64,000 bases of DNA from Candidatus Multivorans sp. (GCA_965247095.1 OZ251997.1:192001-256000), one strand, 5' to 3'. Numbered from the stretch's first letter, positions 46,646 through 56,791 are shown. Numbers and translations: made by a program. Notes: generated from the letters alone by a model not told the origin.

Positions 46646-48879
46646 TGAGGATCGACGTGGGGCACCGATGCTCCAGGCCGGCGGTCTGGCCGGTGCTCGC
46701 GGCGCCGCTGTTTGCTCTAGCCGCTGCCTGCGGGCCGTCCGGCGGAGGCGGCGAGGAAGCGATCGTCTACCGCGACACCTGGGGCGTTCCCCACATCTAC
46801 GCCGACACCGCCGAGGCCGGGCTGTACGCCTCCGGCTGGGCCATGGCCGAGGATCGGCTGAGCCAGTTGCTCGAGAACTATCTGTTCGGCCTCGGCGAGT
46901 ACGCGGCTGCGTTCGGCCCCGGCGACGGCGACCGTTGGGTGCGGTCCGACCTCGAGTCGCTGATGTGGGACCACTACGGCGCCGCGAAGCGCCACTACGA
47001 GGCGAAGCTGAACCCCGAGCTGCGCCGTCACCTGGCGGCGTTCGTTGCCGGGATCAACGACTACCTGGAGCAGCATCCCGCCGAAGTGCCGCCGTGGTGG
47101 GGCGACCGCCCGGTCGACGTCTACATGCCGGTCGCCTTCAGCCGCCAGTTCATCTGGAGCTGGCCGGCCGGTCAGGCTCGGTCCGACCTGCGCGCGATCG
47201 GCGTCGAACCCTCGTTCGACGTCGACCTGCGGGCGTCGAATCAGATCGCTCTGGCGCCGGACCAGACGACGTTCGGCGCCGCGGCGCTGATCATCGACCC
47301 GCACCTGTCCTGGCTGGGCCGTCACCGCTACTGGGAGGTGCGCCTTCACGCCGGCGACATCCACATCAGCGGCTTCGCCACCGCCGGCTTCCCCTACGTC
47401 AACCTGGGTCACAACGAGCACGTGGCCTGGGCGCATACGACCGGCGGGCCGGACACCGCCGACGCCTACGAACTGACCCTCGATCCGGAGGATCCGAGCC
47501 GCTACCTCTACGACGGCGAGTGGCGGCAGATGGAGAGCCGCACGGTCGAGGTGTCCGTGGCGGGCGAGGCGTCGCCGCGCGAGGCCACGTTCTGGTACTC
47601 CCACCACGGTCCCATCGTGGCGCGGCAGGGCGACAGGGCCTGGGCGGCCGCGCTGGCCTACGAGCAGGAGATCGGCTACCTGGAGTCCAAGTACCACTTC
47701 ATGGTCGCCGAGGACTACCAGGGCGCTGCGGCGGCGCTGGACGTGCTTCAGATCATGCCGCAGAACGTGATGATCGCCGACACCGGGGGCAACATCTACT
47801 ACCAGCGCACCGGCCGGGTGCCGATCCGGCCCGATGGCTACGACTGGCGCCGGCCCGTCGATGGCTCGACCTCCGACACGGAATGGCTGGGCATCCACCC
47901 GGCTTCCGACCTGATGTCGCTGCTCAACCCGGAACGCGGGTACATGCAGAACAACAACATCGGCCCGGACACGATGCTGGTCGGTTCGCCGCTCGTGCCG
48001 GAGCGCTACCCGGCGCACCTCTACAACCAGCCCGCTCTGTACACCCACCAGCGCGGCGCCGTTGCTGTCGCGCTTCTCGAGGCGAAGCGGGAAGCCGGCG
48101 GCAAGTGGAGCGAAGAGGAGATCGTCGAGCTGGCGCTCGACCGCTCGGTCTACCAGTTTGAGCGCTGGGTGGCGGAGTTGGGCAGGGCGGAGGCCGCCTT
48201 CCCCGGCAAGCCTTCCTCGGACCGCCCGGAAGTGGTGCGCCGGATCCTGGAGTGGGACGGCGTCGCCGAGCCGGACTCGCAGGGCGCGCTCGCCTACTTC
48301 CGGTGGCGCGAGGCGCTACGCGGTCTGGTCGGGAGCGAACGAATGAACGACATGGCCTCCAGGGTCGATGACTACCTGGAGCTCATCCGCGAGGCGCCCG
48401 AGCCGCCTGGACTGCGCGACGACGAACTGCCGGAGCTGGTCATGGCGGTCGAAGCCGCCGCCGTCGCGTTGCGCGTGGGCCCGGGAGGGTTCGATGCGGC
48501 GTTCGGCGACGTGTTCCGGGTCGGCCGCCAGGACTCGGCGGACGAGGTCTCCTGGCCGGTCGGCGGCGGCTCGCTCGGCGAGGCCGGGATGGCGACCCTG
48601 CGCGCGGTCGGGTTCAGCCCGGCCCGCGCGGACGGGACGCGCTGGGGCAACCGGGGCCAGACGTCGACCGAGGTCGTCATCCTGAGCAATCCGATCCGCA
48701 GCTACACCCAACCCCCGATCGGCCAGAGCGACCGCCCGGACTCGCCGCATTACCGCGACCAGGCCGAGAAGCTGTTCTCGCCCGGCGCGATGAAGTCGGG
48801 GTGGTTCACGCGCGAGGAACTGTTTGCCGACGGCGGCGCGAACGTCGCGGCCGAGATGCGGTTGGTCTACGAGCCCTGA
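46645..48879 (+). CDS. penicillin acylase (Ntn hydrolase) family lipoprotein
   Basis: ATG overlaps the mog stop; LAAAC, RDTWGVPHIYA, ASNQ (beta-chain Ser), DPHLSW, GQS.RPDSPHY.DQ. Confidence 0.88.
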   Translation: MRIDVGHRCSRPAVWPVLAAPLFALAAACGPSGGGGEEAIVYRDTWGVPHIYADTAEAGLYASGWAMAEDRLSQLLENYLFGLGEYAAAFGPGDGDRWVRSDLESLMWDHYGAAKRHYEAKLNPELRRHLAAFVAGINDYLEQHPAEVPPWWGDRPVDVYMPVAFSRQFIWSWPAGQARSDLRAIGVEPSFDVDLRASNQIALAPDQTTFGAAALIIDPHLSWLGRHRYWEVRLHAGDIHISGFATAGFPYVNLGHNEHVAWAHTTGGPDTADAYELTLDPEDPSRYLYDGEWRQMESRTVEVSVAGEASPREATFWYSHHGPIVARQGDRAWAAALAYEQEIGYLESKYHFMVAEDYQGAAAALDVLQIMPQNVMIADTGGNIYYQRTGRVPIRPDGYDWRRPVDGSTSDTEWLGIHPASDLMSLLNPERGYMQNNNIGPDTMLVGSPLVPERYPAHLYNQPALYTHQRGAVAVALLEAKREAGGKWSEEEIVELALDRSVYQFERWVAELGRAEAAFPGKPSSDRPEVVRRILEWDGVAEPDSQGALAYFRWREALRGLVGSERMNDMASRVDDYLELIREAPEPPGLRDDELPELVMAVEAAAVALRVGPGGFDAAFGDVFRVGRQDSADEVSWPVGGGSLGEAGMATLRAVGFSPARADGTRWGNRGQTSTEVVILSNPIRSYTQPPIGQSDRPDSPHYRDQAEKLFSPGAMKSGWFTREELFADGGANVAAEMRLVYEP

Positions 48880-48900
48880 GCAGAGGACGGCCCACGACGG

Positions 48901-48938
48901 GATCGCCGTGCTCGGTGCACGTGACCGAGCACGCGATC
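48901..48938. terminator. hairpin between convergent genes
   Basis: CGTGCTCGGT-N7-ACCGAGCACG with an outer GATCG/CGATC pair; no U-tract. Confidence 0.4.
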
Positions 48939-48964
48939 GGGCCGAACCGCCGCGACGAGTAGAA

Positions 48965-50044
48965 CTAGTCGCCGCTGCCGGCGCCGGTGCTGGTGGTTTC
49001 GCCGGACCGGATGTCGTCCTCGAGAATCCTCGCGCCGCGCAGGGTGTTGCCCATCGCGTAGTTGCCCTCGTGGCAGGCGTACTCGTAGACCCGCTCGGGT
49101 CTGTTCCGCCAGATGTACTCACCGGACCAGGGGGCTTCCCAGGTAGCCGGATCGTCCATCGTGAAGTGGTAGAGGATGTCGCCGTCCGGCTGGAGTGTGA
49201 GACGTTCGGTGACGTGGAGATCCCGCGTTGCCCCGCGCAGGAACCCATCGGATCGGAAGTGGCCCGAGTCGATGACCAGGGTGTCGCCTTCCCACCAGCC
49301 GATCGAGTCGCCCAGCCATCTGCGCTCCTCGGGGCTCGGGTGCTCCGAGTTCAGGCGCACGATCCGGGCGTCATGGACCATCTCGATCAGGATCATGATG
49401 TGGTCCTCGGTCTGCACCACCCGCTTGTAGTTGTTGTAGCCGCTAGGGAACGTCGGCGTGGCGCCGGTGAAGCCGAGGATGCAGCGTTCGTTGATCGGCA
49501 ATGACTCGGGGCCGTCGTAGGGGCCCGGGCCGTCGTGTTCGAGCCACCAGGCGGTGCCTTCGTTCGGGCGCCGCAGCTTGGCGCGCTCCGCCGCTCTCGC
49601 CTTTCTTGCCTCGGTCGTTTCTGGAATTCGGCCGTTCGGCGGGTCGATGATGATCGAGGTGCGGAACTTGCCGTCCACTGCGAAGGCCTCGGTGCCGCGG
49701 TCGAGCCAGAAGCTGTTGTAGCCGCCCACATTGCCGGCAGCGCCCGGGGACCCGTCTCCGCCTTCCGGCGGCGCTTCGCGGTTCGGGTCGGAGACCTGGT
49801 GGCGCTCGGCGCGGGCCTTCGCCGCGTCGGCCGCGATCTTCTCCGCCTCTTCCCTGGTCAGGAGCAGGTTGTCGCCGTACTCCTCCGGGCGCTGCAGCGG
49901 CGTCAATGTCGCGGCGTCGTAGGTGCCGCTCAGGTCGGGCTTGCCGTCGGCGGCGCGCTTGATCTCGGTCTCGGCCGCGAGGGCCGGCGCCGCGAGCAGC
50001 AGCACGAGGATGGCGGCCAGGGCCGCTGGGAATCGGACTCTCAT
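48965..50044 (-). CDS. secreted hypothetical protein, paralog 1 of 3
   Basis: Start MRVRFPAAL; GKPDLSG, RTSII.DPPNGR, GDSIGWWEGDTLVID, YEYACHEGNY. Confidence 0.85.
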   Translation of the reverse strand: MRVRFPAALAAILVLLLAAPALAAETEIKRAADGKPDLSGTYDAATLTPLQRPEEYGDNLLLTREEAEKIAADAAKARAERHQVSDPNREAPPEGGDGSPGAAGNVGGYNSFWLDRGTEAFAVDGKFRTSIIIDPPNGRIPETTEARKARAAERAKLRRPNEGTAWWLEHDGPGPYDGPESLPINERCILGFTGATPTFPSGYNNYKRVVQTEDHIMILIEMVHDARIVRLNSEHPSPEERRWLGDSIGWWEGDTLVIDSGHFRSDGFLRGATRDLHVTERLTLQPDGDILYHFTMDDPATWEAPWSGEYIWRNRPERVYEYACHEGNYAMGNTLRGARILEDDIRSGETTSTGAGSGD

Positions 50045-50133
50045 TCTGCGTCCTCCTGTTTCGACTGGAAGCCGAGAGTCTAGCGGAGGGCCTCCAGGTG
50101 GGGGCGCCACCCGAAGTCGCTCAGCGAGCGCGT

Positions 50134-50916
50134 CCCGACGTTCTCGGAGGCAGTCGAGCGCGTGATCGAGATGCACCGCGCTTCTTGGCGGGCAGGCAGC
50201 GCATCGGTGCGGGAGGTGGGCGATCCCGCAGGGCCGCCGGGCCGACAACCCCGCAGGGGACGCGGATGCCGCGGCGTTGCCGCGAAACGCTGCGCAGCCG
50301 GAGCACTTCCGTGCGCTGCCACATGGCGAGTTGGCGGCGGTGCTGGCGAAGTTGCGGCAGTCGGAGGCCGGACCCTGTGCGCGGCTCTCCCTGGAGCTCC
50401 TGGTCCTGACCGCGGCGAGAACAGGCGAAGTCCGGCACGCGCGGTGGGTTGAGATTGACCGCGCCGGAAGGGTCTGGACGATTCCGGCCTCACGGATGAA
50501 GGCCAGCCGGGAGATCGCGCGTTCCGCTGGCTCGACGGGCGCTTGAAGTGCTTGAAGAGGCCAGGGACCTTGGGGACGGCTCGCCATTGATCTTCCCCTC
50601 GGCGCAGACAGGCAGAACCCTGAGCTCTGGCGTGTGGTGGAAGCTCCTGCGCCGGCTTGACCTCGATTGCACGGTACATGGATTCCGCAGTTCGTTTCGC
50701 GACTGGTGTGGGGAGAATGGCGTGGCGCGCGAGTTGGCCGAGGCTTGCCTCGCGCACGCAGTGGGCAACCAGGCGGAGGCCGCATACGCCCGTTCCGACT
50801 TGTTGGAGCGGCGTCGTCGGGTGATGGGGGAATGGGATCAATACGCCACCGGCGAAGGACCGCGCATCCCCGATCCTGGCCGCCCCGGATCGAGTCGTAC
50901 CATTTCTTCGCGGTAG
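50134..50916 (+). pseudogene. P4-like tyrosine integrase remnant
   Basis: Fragments PTFSEAVERVIEMHR, HFRALP, LTAARTGEVR, WTIPASRMK; frameshift near 50520; then HGFRSSFRDW, LAH, AAYARSDLLERRR. Confidence 0.88.
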
Positions 50917-51058
50917 GCGATCAAGTTCCGCCCGCGTCGGTTTCCCATCTACAGAGTTCGAGTGCCGGTAGAGGGTGCTTCGCTGGCCTGAAGGTACACA
51001 GGGGGCCAATACGACGATAACCTACAGAATTGCTGCGGTGGCGGACGAGTAGTCGCCC

Positions 51059-52528
51059 TCAGATTTCGTATCTGTCCCATTCGATGCTTCGCCAACCATC
51101 CAGTCTCAGCCAGTGCCTGAGTTCCCTACTTCTCTCCAAGACAAGAGCTTTGTCCACGCCAATCTCGTCCAGCACACAGAGCTTCAATAGCGCCTCGCCC
51201 TGTTTCCATAGTCTGTGCAGGCTGACATCTGGATCGCCGTATCCTCCTGCACCATGAGAGATCGGGTTCCTTGCGCTTACGAGTTCGTGGACAAGTTTCT
51301 TGATTTGCCCACTCGTCATCACCTCAGACAGGTTTTCCCGGGCGTGGTCCAGCAGCCTTTTCCGCAACGGAGGCTTGAGTAGGTAGGGTCCCATCGTGTT
51401 CGTCCACCAGCCTCTGTGGCGATCTGGAACGACATCTGTTGTCGCGTTGACGATCTCCTGGAACTCGTCCTCTGTCATCACAGGCTGTGGACCGTTCTTC
51501 GCTCGGTGCAGTTCCTCAAGCGCTTGGACTACGAGAAGAAGGAGATTCTCCAGGTGGTCCTGGCCCACGGCTGAGGCTCGAAGTCGCTGCAGAGCTGACG
51601 GTGCCGATTCATAGAGTGCGAACCAAGCTCGAATGACATCTTCGGGAGAGTTGACAGCCTCTTCCCGTGCCATGAAGAGAGCATGTAGGCTTGGCGAGTC
51701 CTTTGGAGCCTGGGTGTCCGATGGGCGGATTCCATCTTGATAGAAGACGTTCAAGTATGCCTCTTGGTCGCTCTCGGTTTCTGCTAGGGCTGTGATGGAC
51801 TCCACGCAGCATCTCGCACCTAGGCCGAAACAGAGGAGTTCTTGGAACACCCTCAGTTGTCTGAGGAAGTCGTCTAGCGGTGCCTCGGCAACGCGTTCGA
51901 TGACTACGACAGCGGATTGACCGATCTTGACGGCGTGACCCTTTTCGATGCGGCGAGACACTCCGGTTCGAGTGGCCTGCACCTTGATCCTCCAGTCACC
52001 CACCTCTACCTGTATCGGTTCTGGCAGCCTAGTCCTGAACGCGATCTTAGGAGAACCAAGTTCATAGTCCTCCTTCCATCGGATGGCGTCTGTGAGCCAG
52101 CCGATGAGGCCATCCACCCCTGCGCTAATGCTGGTGACGGTTAGGGGAGTTTCTGGGTCGACATTCTCGTCATAGGACGCACCGATGCAGCACCGCCTAG
52201 CATGGTAGGTGATTCTTGACGAGATGTTGGGGGCGAAGGAGGTCGATCCTCCTATAGCACGGCAGTCCTCAAAGATGACCCTCTTAGTCAGGTCGAACTC
52301 TCCGGTGAGGAGGGGCCAATCGCGCGCGCCACGGGTGACCTCGTAAACGCCGAAAGGCTTCTTGTCATTGGGTAGCACTAAGACACCGGCGGCGAACTTG
52401 TTCATGGCCGACACTTCGAGTCGTATGTCGCCAGAAGTCGAGATGGTGAAGTTGCCTGGAAGTCGTTCACTAGGTCGGTCTGGCGGCCAGAAGTAGCCGG
52501 TTCCCGTAACTGGAGCATTCAGTTTCAT
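51059..52528 (-). CDS. ApeA-like HEPN domain protein (putative anti-phage RNase)
   Basis: N-terminal GYFWPP...LPG.FTI pattern, C-terminal RxxxxH (RNPISH); visibly lower GC than the flanks. Confidence 0.75.
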   Translation of the reverse strand: MKLNAPVTGTGYFWPPDRPSERLPGNFTISTSGDIRLEVSAMNKFAAGVLVLPNDKKPFGVYEVTRGARDWPLLTGEFDLTKRVIFEDCRAIGGSTSFAPNISSRITYHARRCCIGASYDENVDPETPLTVTSISAGVDGLIGWLTDAIRWKEDYELGSPKIAFRTRLPEPIQVEVGDWRIKVQATRTGVSRRIEKGHAVKIGQSAVVVIERVAEAPLDDFLRQLRVFQELLCFGLGARCCVESITALAETESDQEAYLNVFYQDGIRPSDTQAPKDSPSLHALFMAREEAVNSPEDVIRAWFALYESAPSALQRLRASAVGQDHLENLLLLVVQALEELHRAKNGPQPVMTEDEFQEIVNATTDVVPDRHRGWWTNTMGPYLLKPPLRKRLLDHARENLSEVMTSGQIKKLVHELVSARNPISHGAGGYGDPDVSLHRLWKQGEALLKLCVLDEIGVDKALVLERSRELRHWLRLDGWRSIEWDRYEI

Positions 52529-52679
52529 TTGTCGTCGTTCCCCTTGGTTTCCTTCAGTCGGGAATTTGGATGCCCACCGAGGTCCTAACGTTGCGTAGGG
52601 CAGTGGAGAGGACACGAGCGGCTCCTTGAACTCTTGCCAGGGGAAGAGACCAACACCGAACAAACAAGACAGCGGCTGT

Positions 52680-53642
52680 CTAGCTGGAGTCTGCTGTCTG
52701 CTGTTCGATGGTCTTCTCCATGATCAGGCCTAAGTCCTGCGCCGCTCGGTCGAGGACGATGGTCAGGTGCTTTAGGTCCCACCCCATGTAGGCCGCAAGT
52801 GGTAGAAGCGAGTCTCTGAGGGCCAACAGTGCCAGCGCCGTCAGCATGGCCATGTTCTGTGGGCGGAACGTCTTGACAGCGATGGCGCCTTCGTCGTCGC
52901 CTTCCACGACTTCGTAGCACCATCTTCGAAGAGCTAAGGTTTCGGCATGGGCTAAGGCCGACAGTAGTCTGTACTCGGCGTCTTGGCCGAGGGACTCACG
53001 GATAGCATCAGTTGGTCCTGGGACGGCTTCGGCTATTCGGGTTATCCGGTCTCCTTTTCGTCCCACGGAATAGCCAAGCTCTTCTGCTTGGCCAGCGATA
53101 TGTTCGACTCGCTCAGTGTAGAAGCTGGCGGAGTCCTCGTCTTTGCGGGCCTCGGCCAATCTTCGGTTCTGAACCAGTTCCTTGTGGCGCAGCGCGTAGA
53201 CACGGCCCACTCTCTGCGTCGCGTCGATCTGTGGATCAAGAAGCCAACGGACTCTAGCGCTTGGCTCTAGCATCGCCCGCACACAGTTGCATGAAGCAAT
53301 CATCTGAATCGGTGGAGTTAGCGCTTTGGCGAGCAGGCCACCGTTTTCCCCTACGGCTTCAAGGAAGTGCCAAGCGAACGAGATGGCCGTTCTTACAGAT
53401 TCGTCGCGTGGCGCAGTGGATTGTTCGACGAATCCAGGCGAGTCTTGTGCTGGCTGTCTGAACTGGATGCGCACGAAGGCGTTGGTCGCGGCCAAGACTT
53501 GCTGCAAGACTGAGCGCAGTGCGCCGATAATGGGAGGTGTGGGGTCTACTGGAGTGGGGTTGCGCAAGTCTCCGTGGATTGCTTCTAGCGTGAGCGCGAT
53601 TCGTTCGAGCAGTTGAACCTGCTGGTGTCCATAGGGGTCCAT
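52680..53642 (-). CDS. DUF5677-like helical protein
   Basis: VRAMLE...RWLLDP and YRLLSALAH motifs; lower GC; start MDPYGHQ inferred. Confidence 0.55.
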   Translation of the reverse strand: MDPYGHQQVQLLERIALTLEAIHGDLRNPTPVDPTPPIIGALRSVLQQVLAATNAFVRIQFRQPAQDSPGFVEQSTAPRDESVRTAISFAWHFLEAVGENGGLLAKALTPPIQMIASCNCVRAMLEPSARVRWLLDPQIDATQRVGRVYALRHKELVQNRRLAEARKDEDSASFYTERVEHIAGQAEELGYSVGRKGDRITRIAEAVPGPTDAIRESLGQDAEYRLLSALAHAETLALRRWCYEVVEGDDEGAIAVKTFRPQNMAMLTALALLALRDSLLPLAAYMGWDLKHLTIVLDRAAQDLGLIMEKTIEQQTADSS

Positions 53643-53720
53643 TCTGGGCCGAGCCTCTTCATCAATGGTTGTGGGGCTAGCGCCCGCCTTTGGAAGCGAG
53701 CGACTTCGCGCGAGGCCCAC

Positions 53721-53793
53721 TGGTCCTGACGGGACTCGAACCCGCGACCTCCTCGTGTGACCGAGGTGCTCTATCCGGCTGAGCTACAGGATT
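53721..53793 (-). ncRNA. defective tRNA-Val(CAC)-like element
   Basis: Minus strand reads AATCCTG TAGCTCAGCCGGATAGAGCA CCTCG GTCACA CGAGG AGGTC GCGGG TTCGAGT CCCGT CAGGACC A. D and T arms are canonical; the anticodon loop has 6 nt; the acceptor stem has 2 mismatches. Confidence 0.8.
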
Positions 53794-53949
53794 AGGACCA
53801 GTGAGGTCAAAGCGGACTGGGCGATCGTTGCGATCTCCAGTCGGCTCGACATCACCTCTAAGGGCGGCATCGTAGCTGAGTTGCAGGACTTGTTCAACTG
53901 TTCACGTCGTGATGCGCGGGGAAGGTCTCGCGGTCTGCTGCGCGCCTTT

Positions 53950-54845
53950 CGCCGCATGGCCTCCTCGAGGCTCTTGACGTCCCCGTAGACGTCACGGTCG
54001 AGAAGCGACAGGAAGAAGCGGAAGTTCTCGGGATCGCCCTTGTGTGGCGTGGCCGTCATGCGGAGTTAGTGGTCGGTCCGATCCGCGAGCGCTTCGCCAA
54101 GCTGGAAGGCGAGGGTCTTCTTCTCATGGCTGTAGGCGCTCATCTTGTGGGCCTCGTCGACTACTACGAAGTCCCAGCGGCTGTGCAGCAGGCTCTCCCT
54201 GGCGTCGTGGATGCGAGAGATCCACGAAACCGAAGTGACAACCTGGTTCTTCTCCTGCGAAGAATTCTGCCCATACTGGCTGCGGACGGTCTCGCCCCGC
54301 ATGACGTCGAACTGCTCGCGGAACTTGTCCTTCTGCTCGCGCTGCCATTGGAACGTGAGGTTCGCCGGTGCCACGATCAGGGTTCGCCGGACCAGGCCGC
54401 GGATCTTCAGCTCCTTGAGAAGGAGGCCCGCCATGATCGGCTTGCCGGCCCCCGAGTCGTCGGCGAGCAAGAAGCGGATGCGTGGGAGCCCGAGGAAGTA
54501 CTCGTAGACCGCCTCGAGTTGGTGGGGGAGTGGGTCGACGCGGGCTGTCGAGAGCGAGAAGTAGCGGTCGTACTCGTAGGCGAGTCCCAGACGCTCCGCC
54601 TCAATGCGAAGACGGAAGCGAAGAGGATCTCCGTCGAAGGGCTCGGTGGCTGGCGAGATTGTGAGTTGCGAGATTTGCGCCTCGCTCAAGATCGGATCGT
54701 GGACTTGACCCGTGCGGAGGCCTTTCCCCAGCAGCTTGACCAACTCGCCGACCGGGATAGTCGTAGTGACCTCGACCGGCTCGGGGAGCAAGGGTCCGCG
54801 CACCACGACACCGGGAGAAAGCTCTTCGAACGCGGCTTGAGTCAC
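53950..54845 (-). pseudogene. SNF2/RapA-like helicase remnant (DrmD-like)
   Basis: PLPHQ, LLADDSGAGKP (decayed motif I), QWQRE, DEAH, in-frame TAA at 54066-54068, then MTATPHKG; truncated before the C-terminal helicase domain. Confidence 0.85.
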
Positions 54846-55262
54846 CGTTGCTTCGCTGGGGGCGGTTGAACAGACGTAGTTCGGCTGCTACGGCAGCGCG
54901 AAGACGAAGATGTTGTTGCCGGAGCTGGGACGCACTTCGGAGGAGTCCGCCCGAGAGCGCCGACGACCGGGATCCCCGGCACCGTCGTCAGAAGAGCGGC
55001 GACAGGCTCCGCCAGCGAATAGAGCTTTGGCGGCGCATCTTAGCCGAGGAGTTCCGACGCTGTAGTAGTCGGCATCGTCCAGCGCCACGCGGGTGATCTC
55101 CTCGTCGTTCCGCAGCACGACATGCTGGTTGGCGAAAGCCGGATGGGACCAGAGGACCAGACGGTCGCTCTGCCCGTGCCGCGGGGGTAGGATTTGTTCT
55201 ACGGGCTCCCTAGCTGCACGGGCACTGGCCACGAATGTCTTCGCGAGAGGAGCCGGAGGAAG

Positions 55263-55478
55263 ATGCAGGAGTACACCGCGATCGTCAAGCGGGCCGGCGA
55301 CTGGTGGATCGGCTGGATCGAAGAAGTGCCGGGCGTGAACTGCCAGGAAGGGAGCCGCGAAGAGTTGCTGGAGACCTTGACCATCACGCTGAGTGAGGCG
55401 CTGGAGTTCAATCGCCAGGCAGCGCTGGCCGCGGCGGGTGAGGGCTACACGTTGGAGAGGATCGTTGTCGCCACATGA
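55263..55478 (+). CDS. hicB: HicB family antitoxin
   Basis: YTAIVKRAGDWWIGWIEEVPGVNCQEGSREELLE; SD GGAGGA. Confidence 0.85.
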   Translation: MQEYTAIVKRAGDWWIGWIEEVPGVNCQEGSREELLETLTITLSEALEFNRQAALAAAGEGYTLERIVVAT

Positions 55479-55515
55479 GGCGCTGAGTTCTTCCGCGGCA
55501 TCTCGTCCTCATACG
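55475..55515 (+). pseudogene. HicA toxin 5' remnant
   Basis: ATG overlapping the hicB stop reads MRR*VLPRHL, resembling the HicA start MKRRxLxRHL. Confidence 0.45.
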
Positions 55516-55711
55516 GTCCCCAAACAGCAAGGGCTGCCCCGAAGAGCAGCCCTTGAGCCGACAGCACGCTGCCGGCGGGTATCTGCGCAGAATCTACCTT
55601 CGCCCGGCAGACGATGCAAGCGACACGGCCGCCTGACAGACGCTCCTTCCCGTCACCGGGGGGAGAGGGGCGGTGCCGCCAGCGGTCACGCAGGGCCGCG
55701 GCGGGGGACCG

Positions 55712-56791
55712 CTAGTCCCCGCTGCCGCCGCCGGTACTCCCGGCTTCCGCGGCCGCCGCGTCGGCCTCGAGAATCCGCGCGCCGCGCAGCGTGTTGCCCA
55801 TCGCGTAGTTGCCCTCGTGGCAGGCGTACTCGTAGACGAGCTCCGGGCGGTTCCTCAGGATGTACTCGCCGGACCAGGGCGTTTCCCAGGTGGCCGGATC
55901 GTCCATGGTGAATTGGTAGAGGATGTCGCCGTTCGGCTGAAGGGTGAGGCGTTCGGTGACGTGAAGCCCCTGGGTCGATCCGCGAAGGAAGGTCTTGGGG
56001 TGGAAGTTCACGGAGTCGATGACGAGGGTGTCGCCTTCCCACCAGCCGACCGAGTCGCCGAGCCACTTGCGCTCTTCGGGGCTGGGGTGCTCGGAGTTCA
56101 GGCGCACGATACGGGCGTCGTGGACCATCTCGATCAGGATCATGACGTGGTCTTCGGTCTGCACGACGCGCTTGTAGTTGTTGTAGCCGCTCGGGAGAGT
56201 CGGCGTGGCGCCGGTGAAGCCGACGATGCAGCGCTCGGTGACCGGGAGCGACTCGGGGCCGTCGTAGGGGCCGGGGCCGTCGATGTCGAGCCACCAGGCG
56301 GAGCCGTCGTTCGGCCGGCGCAGCTTGTCGCGCGCCGCCCTCTTCGCCTTCGCGGCCTCGGTCGTTTCGGGCATACGGCCGTTCGGCGGGTCGACGATGA
56401 TCGAGGTCCGGAACTTGCCGTCGACGGAGAAGGCCTCGGTGCCGAAGTCGAGCCAGAAGAAGTTGTACCCGCCGACGTTGCCGGCGCCGCCTCCGGAACC
56501 GTCGCCGCCGGGAGGCGGCGCTTCGCGGTTGGGATCGCTGACCTGATGGCGTTCGGCGCGGGCCTTCGCCGCGTCGGCCTTGATCTTCTCGGCCTCTTCC
56601 CTGGTCAGGAACAGGTTCTCGCCGTACTCCTCGGGCCTCTGCAGCGGGGTCAGAGTGGCGGCGTCATAGTTGCCGGCCAGGTCGGGTCGGCCGCTTGGAG
56701 TGCGCTTGATCTCGTCCTGAGCTCCCGCAGCGGGCGCCGTGATTAGCAGAAGAACGATTGCGGTCAGGGCCGCGGGGATTCCGCTTCTCAT
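55712..56791 (-). CDS. secreted hypothetical protein, paralog 2 of 3
   Basis: Start MRSGIPAAL; same length (359 aa) and motifs as paralog 1. Confidence 0.85.
   Translation of the reverse strand: MRSGIPAALTAIVLLLITAPAAGAQDEIKRTPSGRPDLAGNYDAATLTPLQRPEEYGENLFLTREEAEKIKADAAKARAERHQVSDPNREAPPPGGDGSGGGAGNVGGYNFFWLDFGTEAFSVDGKFRTSIIVDPPNGRMPETTEAAKAKRAARDKLRRPNDGSAWWLDIDGPGPYDGPESLPVTERCIVGFTGATPTLPSGYNNYKRVVQTEDHVMILIEMVHDARIVRLNSEHPSPEERKWLGDSVGWWEGDTLVIDSVNFHPKTFLRGSTQGLHVTERLTLQPNGDILYQFTMDDPATWETPWSGEYILRNRPELVYEYACHEGNYAMGNTLRGARILEADAAAAEAGSTGGGSGD

Noticed and set aside
53721-53793. functional tRNA gene
   Set aside because: The 6-nt anticodon loop, acceptor mismatches and absence of a standard 3' end argue against it; reported as tRNA-like instead.
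54066-54068. programmed readthrough in the helicase
   Set aside because: The stop is TAA, motif I is also decayed and the gene is truncated, so a pseudogene is simpler.
54888-55232. RelE/HigB-like toxin fragment (EVRPSSGNNIF)
   Set aside because: Only a short motif resemblance in a scrambled region; not supportable as a feature.
50227-55699. 11-bp direct repeat cgcagggccgc as island att sites
   Set aside because: Short and GC-rich, and the left copy lies inside the integrase remnant; likely chance.
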